Below, piece after piece: positions 26,225 through 35,167 of a stretch of DNA of 48,880 nt. A program made the translations under genes and the position numbers. How positions within the stretch are numbered: the first letter of the stretch is position 1; each line of letters opens with the position of its first letter. The notes beneath the pieces were generated by a model. It saw only the letters and a list, made by a program, of their open reading frames with translations. It had not been told where the DNA came from and made no database searches. Source of the stretch: an uncultured virus (IMG/VR IMGVR_UViG_3300050503_000206) (Duplodnaviria > Heunggongvirae > Uroviricota > Caudoviricetes); IMG/VR virus record IMGVR_UViG_3300050503_000206; one strand, written 5' to 3'.

Positions 26225-27417
26225 CGTCTCCTGTCGCTCACGCAGTACACGATCTCGTCGGCGGCCCGCGTGACCGCGGTGTACCGCCACCGCTTCGGAT
26301 CCCACTTCGAGGCGATCTGCTCGAGCACGAGCACCCGGTCGAACTGCGAACCCTGGCATTTGTGGCAGGTGAGTGCGTAGCCGAAGTCCCAGAGCGTCTT
26401 CTCCTTGCGGACGTCTCGCATCGTTTCGGGCACACCGAACTGCTTGGGCTCGTAGGGCAGCGATTCGAAGCGCTCGCCGACGTCGTCGACGATGTCGAGC
26501 ACGGGGATCTCTCGGCCGTTGCGAGACTTGATCGTGCGCGCCTCGGTCACGGTCGCGAGCATGCCGTTGAAGACCCCGAGGTCGTGATCATTGCGCAGGC
26601 AGACCACACGGTCGCCGGAGGTCACCGGGCCTGTTCGGCCATGGCGCCGACGGACCCACTGGTTGTAGGCGACGCGATCGGCGTTGAATCCGCAGATGAT
26701 GGCGTCGTACTCGGGCGCGTCGCGGGGCATCGTATTCGCACGCACGACCGTCGCCTTCGGACCGGTCGTCTCCGGCTCGTGGCCCTGCCGCACGAGCGTG
26801 GCGAGCTGCAGGATCGCCGATCCCTCGGCTTGCCGGTGGATGGTCTCGAGGCGGATGTCGGGGGCGACCATGAGTCCCGGGTTGTCGCCGATCGGTTCGA
26901 GCTGGCCGTGGTCTCCGACGTAGAGGACTGGGCGCCCGAAGGACTCGAGGTCCTTCATGAGTTTGACGTTGATCATGGAGGCCTCGTCGACGATCACGAG
27001 GTCGTACGGCAGGAGGACCTTGCGCCGAAACGTCTTGGTGACGTGTTCGTGCGTGCAATCAGGATCGTCATCGGGATCAGACTTCGAAACGATCCTGCCG
27101 CAGTCGTCGCAGACGGCGACGGGGTTGTAGATCGTCCGGTGCAACGTTGTCGCCTGCTCGATACCCTTCTGCCTGAGCACATAAGCGGCCTTGCCCGCCA
27201 ACGCGCACACGGCGATCTGGCCACCGAGCTCGCGCACGATCCACTGCACGAGTGTCGATTTGCCGGTGCCCGCTAGTCCTCCGAGCCTCAACCGAGGAGC
27301 AGCATCGAAGCCGGGCACGGCATCGCGGCACTCGTCGACCCACGACACGATCCGATCGACGGCGCCGAGTTGCTGGCCGTCGAGCCTGATCGTATACGTG
27401 GGGTCGTTGGCGGTCAC
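26221..27417 (-). CDS. RecD/Dda-like SF1B helicase
   Basis: GLAGTGKS, VDEASM, VGDHGQLEPI, IHRQA, YALTCHKCQGSQF, YTAVTRA. Confidence 0.9.
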   Translation of the reverse strand: MTANDPTYTIRLDGQQLGAVDRIVSWVDECRDAVPGFDAAPRLRLGGLAGTGKSTLVQWIVRELGGQIAVCALAGKAAYVLRQKGIEQATTLHRTIYNPVAVCDDCGRIVSKSDPDDDPDCTHEHVTKTFRRKVLLPYDLVIVDEASMINVKLMKDLESFGRPVLYVGDHGQLEPIGDNPGLMVAPDIRLETIHRQAEGSAILQLATLVRQGHEPETTGPKATVVRANTMPRDAPEYDAIICGFNADRVAYNQWVRRRHGRTGPVTSGDRVVCLRNDHDLGVFNGMLATVTEARTIKSRNGREIPVLDIVDDVGERFESLPYEPKQFGVPETMRDVRKEKTLWDFGYALTCHKCQGSQFDRVLVLEQIASKWDPKRWRYTAVTRAADEIVYCVSDRRR

Positions 27418-27418
27418 G

Positions 27419-28729
27419 TCACTCCGGGATGCCGTCGTCGTCGCCGGTCTCTTCGGTGGCGCGCTTCTGGATCTCTTTGACGAGGGCCCAGTCGACCCTC
27501 ATGGCTTGACGCAGCGTGAGCATGTTGAAGACGACCGGCTTCTCGAGCTCGCGCTCGGTGACTTCGGCGAGCACGTCCTTCATGGCCGGCTTGCCGTCGG
27601 GGTCGGGCAGGTCGCGGAGCTTCGCGACGGAGCGAAGCAGCTGTGCCAACCGCAGACGCGCCGCATGCTCGGGTCGCCAGATCTCGTCGAGATTGTCGGC
27701 ACCGTAGACGGCGGCGTCCACCGTGGGCATCGCCGGCTCCGTACCGCGTCTGCTCTGGGGAACATCCTCTGCGGACTCGCTCTCATCGTCGTCGATGACT
27801 TCGCCGGTCTCGGGGTCGTAGAGCTCCTCGTCGTCGTCCTCCGGGTCGGGCTCGGCGTCGCGTCGTGGGTACCACTCCGCCGCCACCTCGGCTTGCACAG
27901 GCTTCGACTCGTTCTGCCCCGGCGCGGGGAGTGCGAGCACGGCGGGATTCTGGAGTTGGATCACCTCGAGCCGCGTGCGCGCGCTCGCGATCGCCTCACG
28001 GCGCAGGCTCATGAGGTCGTTGGTGCGGCACTCGATGTGCACGACGGGCACGCGCCGGGTGTTGCCGCTGCCGTCCTTCTTCAGATCCCACTTCACGCAC
28101 AGCCACAGCTTGATCCCGCAGATCGTGCCGACCTGCTTCTGGATCGTCTCGAGGCTGTAGATGATCGACTTGATGCTGTTCCAACCCGTGGTGCGGAAGG
28201 CATGGCGCACGCCGAGCTTGGTCTCCGAGCCGGCGATGATGGTGCACCACAGGATGAGGTTGGGCTTGCACTTCTCGCCCTCGCGCGCGCGCAGGAGTTC
28301 GCACGGGCAGTCGAACGGCCGCGGGACGTTGCCTTCGTACCGCGTCGCCGATCCCTTACCCTCGCCGGTGCCCGTGCAGAACAGGTTGGTGCCGCGGTAG
28401 AGCGCGAGCCGGTGCGGCGCGATCTCGTCGATCGTGTCGGAGTCGATCATGATGGGGATCTGGCGGAGTCGACGCTGGTCGTCGCTGTCGCGGTCGGCGT
28501 ACTGCTCCATCTGCTTCATGATCGCGTTGTCGCGCACGAAGTTGGTGTTCTCGCCTGTGCCGCGCAGCGTCTTGGTGATGACGAAGTACGGGCCTTCCTT
28601 GCTCTCGAGCCTCTCGGGCTGCGCGAACTCCTTGCCCCGACCGGACTTCTTCTTCGCGCCGACCTGGCCGATCTTGATCTTGCCGGCTTCGGCACTTCGC
28701 GGAACGAGCACCTTGGAACTGATCGGCAT
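27419..28729 (-). CDS. Gp3-like (recombination directionality factor-like) protein
   Basis: AGKIKIG..K..G...P..F, C.G.GE, CPC..CKP, FRTTGWNS pattern. Confidence 0.6.
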   Translation of the reverse strand: MPISSKVLVPRSAEAGKIKIGQVGAKKKSGRGKEFAQPERLESKEGPYFVITKTLRGTGENTNFVRDNAIMKQMEQYADRDSDDQRRLRQIPIMIDSDTIDEIAPHRLALYRGTNLFCTGTGEGKGSATRYEGNVPRPFDCPCELLRAREGEKCKPNLILWCTIIAGSETKLGVRHAFRTTGWNSIKSIIYSLETIQKQVGTICGIKLWLCVKWDLKKDGSGNTRRVPVVHIECRTNDLMSLRREAIASARTRLEVIQLQNPAVLALPAPGQNESKPVQAEVAAEWYPRRDAEPDPEDDDEELYDPETGEVIDDDESESAEDVPQSRRGTEPAMPTVDAAVYGADNLDEIWRPEHAARLRLAQLLRSVAKLRDLPDPDGKPAMKDVLAEVTERELEKPVVFNMLTLRQAMRVDWALVKEIQKRATEETGDDDGIPE

Positions 28730-28731
28730 GA

Positions 28732-29025
28732 CTACTTCTCCTCCTCGAACAGCGCGAGCGTGTAGCGGAACTCGGCGTCGTCGTCGGCTGGCCCGAGGCG
28801 GTAACGAGACCCGTCTTCGTCGACGACCAGGAGTCCATCATCCGGCCCGCCGGGAACGTAGATCGCCTTGACGATCGCGCTGAAGTTCTCCTCGATCGCA
28901 CGATGGCAGTCCTCCTTCCGCGTGTAGCCCTCGTGCGGTGTGAGCGTGGTCTGCCCGTTCTCGGCGACGACGCGGAAGCGCGTCTCGCCCTTGCTGTCGG
29001 TGAAGGTCTCGATCTTGATGGCCAT
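28732..29025 (-). CDS. YegP/DUF1508-like protein
   Basis: FTDSKGETRFRVVAENGQ...EGYTRKEDCHRAIE. Confidence 0.75.
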   Translation of the reverse strand: MAIKIETFTDSKGETRFRVVAENGQTTLTPHEGYTRKEDCHRAIEENFSAIVKAIYVPGGPDDGLLVVDEDGSRYRLGPADDDAEFRYTLALFEEEK

Positions 29026-29037
29026 AGTGTTTCCTTT

Positions 29038-29322
29038 TCAGAAGTCTTGGTCTTGCTTCGCGAGCGCTCGGCAGAACGCTCTCGCTCTGGCGTGAGTCTC
29101 GGAGGACAGCGGTTGGAAGAACGCCACCAACGACAGTCCGATCGCCACGACGGCGACGATCGCCAGCGCGACGAGCATGGAGATGCCGCCGACCTTGTAG
29201 GCGCGGCTCTCGTTGGCTCGGTGCCGTTCCATGGAGCGATTGGCGCCATCGAGCCTCTTGTACGCGATCGCGAGTTCGGTGCGCAGGTCGTTGATGGTCT
29301 CGGTGTCGGTGCGGTAGTTCAT
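29038..29322 (-). CDS. small membrane protein
   Basis: One hydrophobic segment (ISMLVALAIVAVVAIGLSLVAFF); ATGA overlap with 29319 ORF stop. Confidence 0.65.
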   Translation of the reverse strand: MNYRTDTETINDLRTELAIAYKRLDGANRSMERHRANESRAYKVGGISMLVALAIVAVVAIGLSLVAFFQPLSSETHARARAFCRALAKQDQDF

Positions 29323-30329
29323 AGCTCTCCTTCACGCGGCGAACCGCTGGCTGAGCCGTCGCCAAGCTTCGACGACGAGCAGGGGCATGGCGGAGTCTCC
29401 GAGGGTTCCAACGCGCTCCACCCTCTTGGAAAGCCCAGGAGTGCTTCTACGAACTCCGGGTTGATTACCACCGTGCTCGGCAGTCCAGGCTCGCAGTGCG
29501 GCGCCATCTCGGGGTCCTGGCGGAGGACGGCACGCACCGCGTCGGTGAGCGAGGTCCCAGGATGCATCACCCCTGTCGAGGTCGTGTGCCGCCCGGAGGA
29601 GCGTGCGTCCGCCTTCGTCGGCGCAGGCCACAATGAAGATGCGCTCTCGATCAACGGGGTAGCCGACATCGGTACCTCGTAGACAACACCAGCTCGCATC
29701 GAACCCGAGCGCGGCAAGATCCCCGAGAACTCGTCCAAGGGCTGTCCGGGAAACAGCGAGCCTTGGGGTGGAACCCAGCGACCATCCGCAAAACGGGCAA
29801 TCTGGCGCATCTGCATCTTCGGAGACGGCGGCATGCTCATCGGTCCCCTGCGGTTGAGAATGTGGATCTTCTCCTTCATCGAGGCTGCTTCGATCCGCAT
29901 CCAAGGTTCCCAATGTCCTGGATGCTCGCTCCGTATTTCTTGGAGCCGGATAGCGATGTCCGCTTGCTCGCTCTTCAGGAGTAGGTAGGGTCGCACTCGA
30001 CGGAGGAGCTTCAGCGCGGGATCCCCGAAGATACGCCAACTGCACGTCAGAGACCATCGTTCGGTCTGCTGACGCTGATTCGAGATGGAGCCTCCGAAGT
30101 TCTTGCGCAACCACTGCAGCACCACAAGACCCTTCTCGCTCATGCTCACGTCGATCACGATCCAGTAGACTGGCTTCGTGGGGTTCCGGATGTTGTGGCC
30201 GATCCCGATAGAGCCTTCTCCGTCCAGGATGCCAGCCGCATACGCAGCGACAGTCTCCTCCGCTTGCGGTTCTGAGGGCAGCGACGTTTTCGACGAAGAC
30301 GATGGATGGTTCGAGCGTTTGGATGACAC
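29319..30329 (-). CDS. LAGLIDADG homing endonuclease fused to M.EcoHK31I-beta-like subunit, in an alternative frame of the MTase gene
   Basis: YAAGILDGEGSI..LQWLRKNFGG..VRPYLLLKSEQA (LAGLIDADG), then LPRSGSM..LWPAP..INPEFVEALLGFPRGW (motif IX-like); start uncertain (GTG 30329 with GGAG, GTG 30434, or ATG 29840 for beta alone). Confidence 0.7.
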   Translation of the reverse strand: MSSKRSNHPSSSSKTSLPSEPQAEETVAAYAAGILDGEGSIGIGHNIRNPTKPVYWIVIDVSMSEKGLVVLQWLRKNFGGSISNQRQQTERWSLTCSWRIFGDPALKLLRRVRPYLLLKSEQADIAIRLQEIRSEHPGHWEPWMRIEAASMKEKIHILNRRGPMSMPPSPKMQMRQIARFADGRWVPPQGSLFPGQPLDEFSGILPRSGSMRAGVVYEVPMSATPLIESASSLWPAPTKADARSSGRHTTSTGVMHPGTSLTDAVRAVLRQDPEMAPHCEPGLPSTVVINPEFVEALLGFPRGWSALEPSETPPCPCSSSKLGDGSASGSPREGEL

Positions 30330-30621
30330 GTAACATCTCCGACCATAGGCCGCTTTCGTCACCGTCGAGGCCCTTGCTGTTGCCCATGACGCTGACGTTC
30401 GTGCATGGAAAACCACCGCAGAGAAGGTCGACACGTGGCGACTCCGCTATCACCTCCCGAACGTCGGCGTAACCGATCGCGTCGGGCCAGTGCCGCGCGA
30501 GTACGCGATGACGCCACGGGTCGATCTCGGCGTGCCAGAGCACGGGTCCGAGACCCGCCCACTCGAGACCGAGCGCGATCCCGTCGCACGCGCCAGAGAA
30601 GAGCGAGCCGATCGTGATCAT
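29332..30621 (-). CDS. C5 cytosine DNA methyltransferase (alpha-type) with large internal insertion
   Basis: SLFSG (I), GGFPC (IV), SGLW, ENV (VI), ~180-aa insertion, LGRVLGDL, VGYPVDRERIF (VIII), LGDS (X); no clear motif IX in this frame. Confidence 0.85.
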   Translation of the reverse strand: MITIGSLFSGACDGIALGLEWAGLGPVLWHAEIDPWRHRVLARHWPDAIGYADVREVIAESPRVDLLCGGFPCTNVSVMGNSKGLDGDESGLWSEMLRVIQTLEPSIVFVENVAALRTASGGDCRCVCGWHPGRRRLYRDRPQHPEPHEASLLDRDRREHEREGSCGAAVVAQELRRLHLESASADRTMVSDVQLAYLRGSRAEAPPSSATLPTPEERASGHRYPAPRNTERASRTLGTLDADRSSLDEGEDPHSQPQGTDEHAAVSEDADAPDCPFCGWSLGSTPRLAVSRTALGRVLGDLAALGFDASWCCLRGTDVGYPVDRERIFIVACADEGGRTLLRAAHDLDRGDASWDLAHRRGACRPPPGPRDGAALRAWTAEHGGNQPGVRRSTPGLSKRVERVGTLGDSAMPLLVVEAWRRLSQRFAA

Positions 30622-31370
30622 GCGTCGTCCCTTCTCGCTTCCGGTTTCGTCATCCACGCCGGCAAATCGCCGGGCCCTGACGCACGTAGCCACGCCTCGG
30701 CGAGGCGGTGGCGGTGATCAAACAGATCCAGGAACCGGACACGACGCTGCGCGGCGCCGACACCGATCAGGTTGCCCAGGGTCCATGCGACCAGACGGCG
30801 GTCGACCCCGCCCATCGACTCGAAGAACACCGCGACACGAGCCGCGAGGAGCTCCGTCGCGGCAGCCTCCTTCCAGATCCGCGCCCGCGTGAGATGCGGG
30901 AGTGGCAACACGCTGACGTCGTGCGAGCAGGTGCACCGCCTGCGGTCGTACAGCGGCTGCCATCCCTTGCCGCCTCGCGGAGCGCACAGCCGCTTCCTCG
31001 CAGCTTCGCCACACGCAAGGACCAACACGTGAGTCTCGCCGAAGTCTCGCATGCGAGGCTGAGGCTGCGCGTCGACGTCGACGACATCGTAGCCGAACAG
31101 TTTTGTGACCCCAGGGAACGCACCGGTGTGCCGCTGTTGGCGGCCGAGCGTCCCTGCGGCGAGCTCAAGTAGCACTGAGACGACGCGTTCCGTGCGGTCG
31201 GCTCCGGTGGCATCGTGCAGGTTCATGGTGAGACCGACCTTCTTCAGCAAGGCCGTACGACCCTCAAGTCCGCCAAGCGTAGCGAGGCGATCTCCGCTGG
31301 GCGTATCGAACGCGATCTCGCTTCGGGACCGGCCCGGAGAGACGCCGACGGCGACGGTGAGCAGCGTCAT
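30618..31370 (-). CDS. uracil-DNA glycosylase-like fold protein
   Basis: VGVSPG..F..PSGDRL..NL..VLACG..A..LPHL resembles UDG superfamily motifs. Confidence 0.5.
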   Translation of the reverse strand: MTLLTVAVGVSPGRSRSEIAFDTPSGDRLATLGGLEGRTALLKKVGLTMNLHDATGADRTERVVSVLLELAAGTLGRQQRHTGAFPGVTKLFGYDVVDVDAQPQPRMRDFGETHVLVLACGEAARKRLCAPRGGKGWQPLYDRRRCTCSHDVSVLPLPHLTRARIWKEAAATELLAARVAVFFESMGGVDRRLVAWTLGNLIGVGAAQRRVRFLDLFDHRHRLAEAWLRASGPGDLPAWMTKPEARRDDA

Positions 31371-31720
31371 GAGTCCTCCGGTTTTGCAGCACGGATCTGC
31401 TTCGCGAGGTCGTCGTTGCGGTCGTCGGGACAGCTGCCGAAGTGGCTGCGCTCGCGGCACCACGGGCACCACGGCACGCCGATCGTCTCGGCGTCGCTCG
31501 GACCCACGAGTCCCATCGGGTCGCGCGGGGCTTCGCTCCGCGGGTCGTAGGTGCGTCCCTTGGCGATGCCCGCCTCGTAGATCCTGTGGAAGATCTGATC
31601 CCACGCCTCGCAGGCGTCGTCGGACGCGCATGCGCAGCCGATGAGCACGGACTCTGCGCTCGTGATGCGGATCTCGTCGATCTTGTCGCCGGTCGAGTTG
31701 TGGATGCCGAGCCGGTTCAT
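31367..31720 (-). CDS. hypothetical protein
   Basis: MNRLGIHN..., CPWC..H..SC; ATGA overlaps. Confidence 0.6.
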   Translation of the reverse strand: MNRLGIHNSTGDKIDEIRITSAESVLIGCACASDDACEAWDQIFHRIYEAGIAKGRTYDPRSEAPRDPMGLVGPSDAETIGVPWCPWCRERSHFGSCPDDRNDDLAKQIRAAKPEDS

Positions 31721-31902
31721 GGCGCCTCTCGTAGACGTGCGATCGCGCGCCCGGTCGACATGAGCGCAACGTGCAGCGGTCCCTGGATCACGAGCGGCGG
31801 TCGACCTGTCTTGAGTGCGTAGCGCAGCCACAGCCACTCGATGCGAAGCCCTTGTGCCCACGCGTCGAGCGCGAGTTTTCGGAAGTCGATGTCGCCCATC
31901 AT
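31717..31902 (-). CDS. hypothetical protein
   Basis: MMGDIDFRKL; ATGA overlaps, GAGG RBS. Confidence 0.55.
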   Translation of the reverse strand: MMGDIDFRKLALDAWAQGLRIEWLWLRYALKTGRPPLVIQGPLHVALMSTGRAIARLREAP

Positions 31903-32333
31903 GGTTCCTCGATTCCGCGCTCCGGCAAGCGAACGTTGGGATCGATCGCTCGAGCACGCCGCAGCAGCCACGGGATCCCGATCTCGACGATATGCGCCGT
32001 GCGACTTGCGTCCGGCAGGAGCTCCTCAGCGAGCTCGACGAGCGCCTCGGCCTTCGCCTCGCGACGCGCCTGCGCGATCCTCTCCTGCACCTCGACGGCG
32101 TCGAAGAGCACGCGCTGCTCGTCCTCGAAGCCGCGCAAGTACCACTGCAGATCGGACCACCGCGGATCGCGGGCCCGCTCCATGAGCGCCACGGCGCGAG
32201 GAGTATCAGTGCGCACGACATCGCAGATCAGGTCGACGACGTCGGGTCCCTGGTCCCACGCGTCCGTATCGGCGCCATGGTCACGGGCTTCCTGGAACAA
32301 GAACCGGATCCGCTCGACGACGGGATCGCTCAT
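31899..32333 (-). CDS. hypothetical protein
   Basis: ATGA overlaps; protein-like composition. Confidence 0.65.
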   Translation of the reverse strand: MSDPVVERIRFLFQEARDHGADTDAWDQGPDVVDLICDVVRTDTPRAVALMERARDPRWSDLQWYLRGFEDEQRVLFDAVEVQERIAQARREAKAEALVELAEELLPDASRTAHIVEIGIPWLLRRARAIDPNVRLPERGIEEP

Positions 32334-32881
32334 GGCAGCGGCTCCGCTTCGAGTACGACGATCTCGTGCTCGTCGACGCCATGGTCGATCAGGAACTGGC
32401 GCGCGCCGTCCTCATCGCCGAACACGGTGCGCGCCAGGCCGCCGACGTGCCACACCTCCCACGTCTCCCACGAGCCCTTGGTGCGGTGCCGGATCCCGGT
32501 CGTCAGCGCGATCTTCTTGCTGGGGCGCTGGTCCGTCTTGCAACGCACGACGACCACGTTGCCGCTCATGGGCAGCACCTCGAGACACGACGCGCAGTTG
32601 CGGTGCTCGGGCGACGACTCGCCGTTGATCCGGAACCCGCCCGAGAACGCGTCCCACGAGATCCGGATCGACGATCCGTTGCGCGCGGTCAAGGTCACGA
32701 TGCTCACGTCCGCCTCGGCGTCCGCCGCGATCCCGCCGATGCCGCCGGCGTTGACGTGGAAGACGCTGGCAGCGTGTTGGCGCTCGCGCTTCGACGCATC
32801 TTCTTCGGCTCGACGCTCCTGGTCCTGCGTGAGCTCAGGCAGCTTCCGCCGCCTGCGAACGATCTGGTGCTCGGATTTCAT
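32330..32881 (-). CDS. hypothetical protein
   Basis: Start MKSEHQIV with GGAGG RBS. Confidence 0.6.
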   Translation of the reverse strand: MKSEHQIVRRRRKLPELTQDQERRAEEDASKRERQHAASVFHVNAGGIGGIAADAEADVSIVTLTARNGSSIRISWDAFSGGFRINGESSPEHRNCASCLEVLPMSGNVVVVRCKTDQRPSKKIALTTGIRHRTKGSWETWEVWHVGGLARTVFGDEDGARQFLIDHGVDEHEIVVLEAEPLP

Positions 32882-33075
32882 GCAACCTCCCGGCGCCGCT
32901 TCGCGCGGCGTAGCCGAAACGCGGGGTAGTCCGCCGACGAGCACAACCGCGGCGGTTGACTCGGAACGTGGCGCGTGAACGCGATCCACCGCCACGGTGG
33001 CCATTCGAGGATCCGCAACACCACCGCCACCATGACGGCAGCGAGCAGACCGATCAGAAACGACGTGAGGCTCAC
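32878..33075 (-). CDS. small membrane protein
   Basis: GTG start, SFLIGLLAAVMVAVVL hydrophobic segment; overlaps on both sides. Confidence 0.5.
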   Translation of the reverse strand: MSLTSFLIGLLAAVMVAVVLRILEWPPWRWIAFTRHVPSQPPRLCSSADYPAFRLRRAKRRREVA

Positions 33076-33245
33076 GGCGTGGCCTTCTGCGCCGCTTCCT
33101 CGGCGTCGAGGTCGGGATCCTCTCCACGCTTGCGCCGCGTCGCGAGTCCCGCAATCGGGTCGCGCCAGCATTGCGAGCACACGGGGATCTTCCGGCTCCC
33201 GACGGGGAACGAGATCCAGCGGCAGATCACGCACCAGCGTCTCAT
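33072..33245 (-). CDS. small CxxC protein
   Basis: MRRWCVIC...VCSQC; ATGA overlap. Confidence 0.5.
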   Translation of the reverse strand: MRRWCVICRWISFPVGSRKIPVCSQCWRDPIAGLATRRKRGEDPDLDAEEAAQKATP

Positions 33246-33436
33246 CGCGCACCTTGCCCTTGCTCGGCATCGACCCCGCAGAGCCAACGGCACACGGCCA
33301 AGATGGCGCCGTCGCGTACGATGCCGTCGACGAACTGGGCAGCCTCATCGGCATCCTCACGGGAGATGTAGGTGCCACCGCGCTCGCTGCAGTGCTCGCG
33401 AATGAGGTCGCCGATGGATCGGATCGTCGGAGCCAT
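33242..33436 (-). CDS. hypothetical protein
   Basis: Operon context, ATG start. Confidence 0.55.
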   Translation of the reverse strand: MAPTIRSIGDLIREHCSERGGTYISREDADEAAQFVDGIVRDGAILAVCRWLCGVDAEQGQGAR

Positions 33437-33537
33437 GGCTCACCCACCCTTCCGTCCGCGACGCAGGCCGAGCGCGTAGCCGGCCATCGCGATCGCGAAG
33501 AGCAAGAGGTACTGAAGGACGTCCGCGCTGACATGCA

Positions 33538-33810
33538 TCACGCACCTCCGGCCTTCGCGTCGAGTTTCACGCCGTAGCTCTCGGCGAGACCCCGCGACTC
33601 CTCGGGGTAGCGGACCGTCATCTGTGCGCCGGCGCGGGCGTACGCGTCGAAGCAACGCGCATCGAGGTGATCGAGCGTGCCGTGTTCGAGACGCATCCAG
33701 CACTCGACGATGCGCGGGTCGGCTGCGGCCCACGGGGTGCCCGTGATCGCGTCGGCGATCATCTCGGGATAGGAACGAGCGCGCGCAACAGTGCTGTTGG
33801 TCTTCGGCAT
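33538..33810 (-). CDS. hypothetical phage protein
   Basis: DPRIVECWMRLEHGTLDHLD..F..LAESYG; first gene of leftward early operon; start uncertain. Confidence 0.55.
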   Translation of the reverse strand: MPKTNSTVARARSYPEMIADAITGTPWAAADPRIVECWMRLEHGTLDHLDARCFDAYARAGAQMTVRYPEESRGLAESYGVKLDAKAGGA

Positions 33811-34035
33811 CTTCGTGTCCGCAGCTCCTCGCCGCGTCCTGTGCTCGCCCTGACGGGCGATGCGGGTCTGGTATTCCAGTGCCCGCGCGCTCGTTTGACG
33901 AGCGGATACGGAGCGTGCCATGCTGGGCCGGCACTGGCAAGTCGGGACCTCTTTGGGGCAGATCGGCTGGAATGCACGGGTCGGACCAAGCGTCTGACCG
34001 CCAAAGGACGCGGCGAGGAGCTGCGGATATAGAAG

Positions 34036-34752
34036 ATGGCCAAGACGCCCAAGGTCTCCAAGATCGAGTCGTTCAACGTCAGCACCGTGAAGGCCCTCAT
34101 GGCCGAGTGCGAGGTCGCGCTGCGCGAGGTCGCCGAGCGCCACGGACTCGTGCTCGTGCGCAAGAACTGCCGCTTCGTGCCCGACGACTGTCCGGTGTCG
34201 TTCCGGCTGATCACGAACGGCACGGAGAGTGCGGACTCCGACCGGATCAAAGGCAATGGCCGCGATGCGGGCTTCATCTCCGACTACGTGCGCTACTGCG
34301 AGCGCTACGGCCTGCAGAAGCACTGGATCGGCAAGTCGTACGACGATCCGCGACACGGCCGCTCCACGATCGTCGGCCTGCTGCCCTCATCGCGGAAGTA
34401 CCCGGTGCTCGTCGAGGTGGCCAGCGGCAAGCGCTACAAGTTCGAAGCGTCCACCGTGATCGCGGCGATGATGCCGAACGAGGTCGCCAAGGCAGCGCCG
34501 GGCTCGAAGGTGACGTGGAAGCACGAGTGGGAACAACGCGGACACGCGGCCGGCCCGGCCTGGTTCGAGGATCCGGCCAACCCCGACGCCCGACTCCGCC
34601 TGCATCCCGGCGAGGCCGGCATGGAGGTCGTCGAGGAAGATCCGAAGTCGCTGCGCGGCCGGACCATCGACGGTCGTGAGACCAAGTGGATCGACCGCGA
34701 GGTCGCCAAGCGCTACGCCGCGTCGATCGGCGCGACGTTCGTGGAGGTCTGA
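34036..34752 (+). CDS. hypothetical protein
   Basis: First gene of rightward operon; strong GC3 codon bias; IVGLLPSSRKYPV...GKRYKF. Confidence 0.75.
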   Translation: MAKTPKVSKIESFNVSTVKALMAECEVALREVAERHGLVLVRKNCRFVPDDCPVSFRLITNGTESADSDRIKGNGRDAGFISDYVRYCERYGLQKHWIGKSYDDPRHGRSTIVGLLPSSRKYPVLVEVASGKRYKFEASTVIAAMMPNEVAKAAPGSKVTWKHEWEQRGHAAGPAWFEDPANPDARLRLHPGEAGMEVVEEDPKSLRGRTIDGRETKWIDREVAKRYAASIGATFVEV

Positions 34753-34756
34753 CGCC

Positions 34757-35167
34757 ATGCGCTTTTCATGGCTCAACCCCAAGCGCTGGATCGCCGCGAT
34801 CTGGCGCGCCATCCTGCACGACCTCGGCTTGCAGACCCGCGCCGAGCGCATCGCCGCCGCCGAGAAGCGCGTGCTCGACGGCATGAAGGCCGAGGCCCTC
34901 AACGCGCGCTACCCCGAAGAGGGCGACGCGCCGTTCGGACCCGGCGTGACCGTGGCCGACATCGTCGAGCTGCTGCGCGCCCGCGGGGACAAGCGCACGG
35001 CCGAGTCCGGCTTCGCCCGCACCACGTTGGACGGCCGCCGGACGTTCACGATCTGGTGGTCGAACGGCAGGCGCGTGCGCTACTCGCTGCGTCGCGTCGG
35101 CCACGGCTTCCGGCTCGACATCGATTCCGTCTCGCCGCAGTCGCAGTGGGAGGATCGCCAGCCATGA
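34757..35167 (+). CDS. hypothetical protein
   Basis: GGAGG RBS, MRFSWLNPKRW. Confidence 0.65.
   Translation: MRFSWLNPKRWIAAIWRAILHDLGLQTRAERIAAAEKRVLDGMKAEALNARYPEEGDAPFGPGVTVADIVELLRARGDKRTAESGFARTTLDGRRTFTIWWSNGRRVRYSLRRVGHGFRLDIDSVSPQSQWEDRQP

Noticed and set aside
29740..30290. Intein in the methyltransferase
   Set aside because: The endonuclease is in a different frame from the MTase, and no N-terminal Cys / C-terminal His-Asn splice motifs are visible
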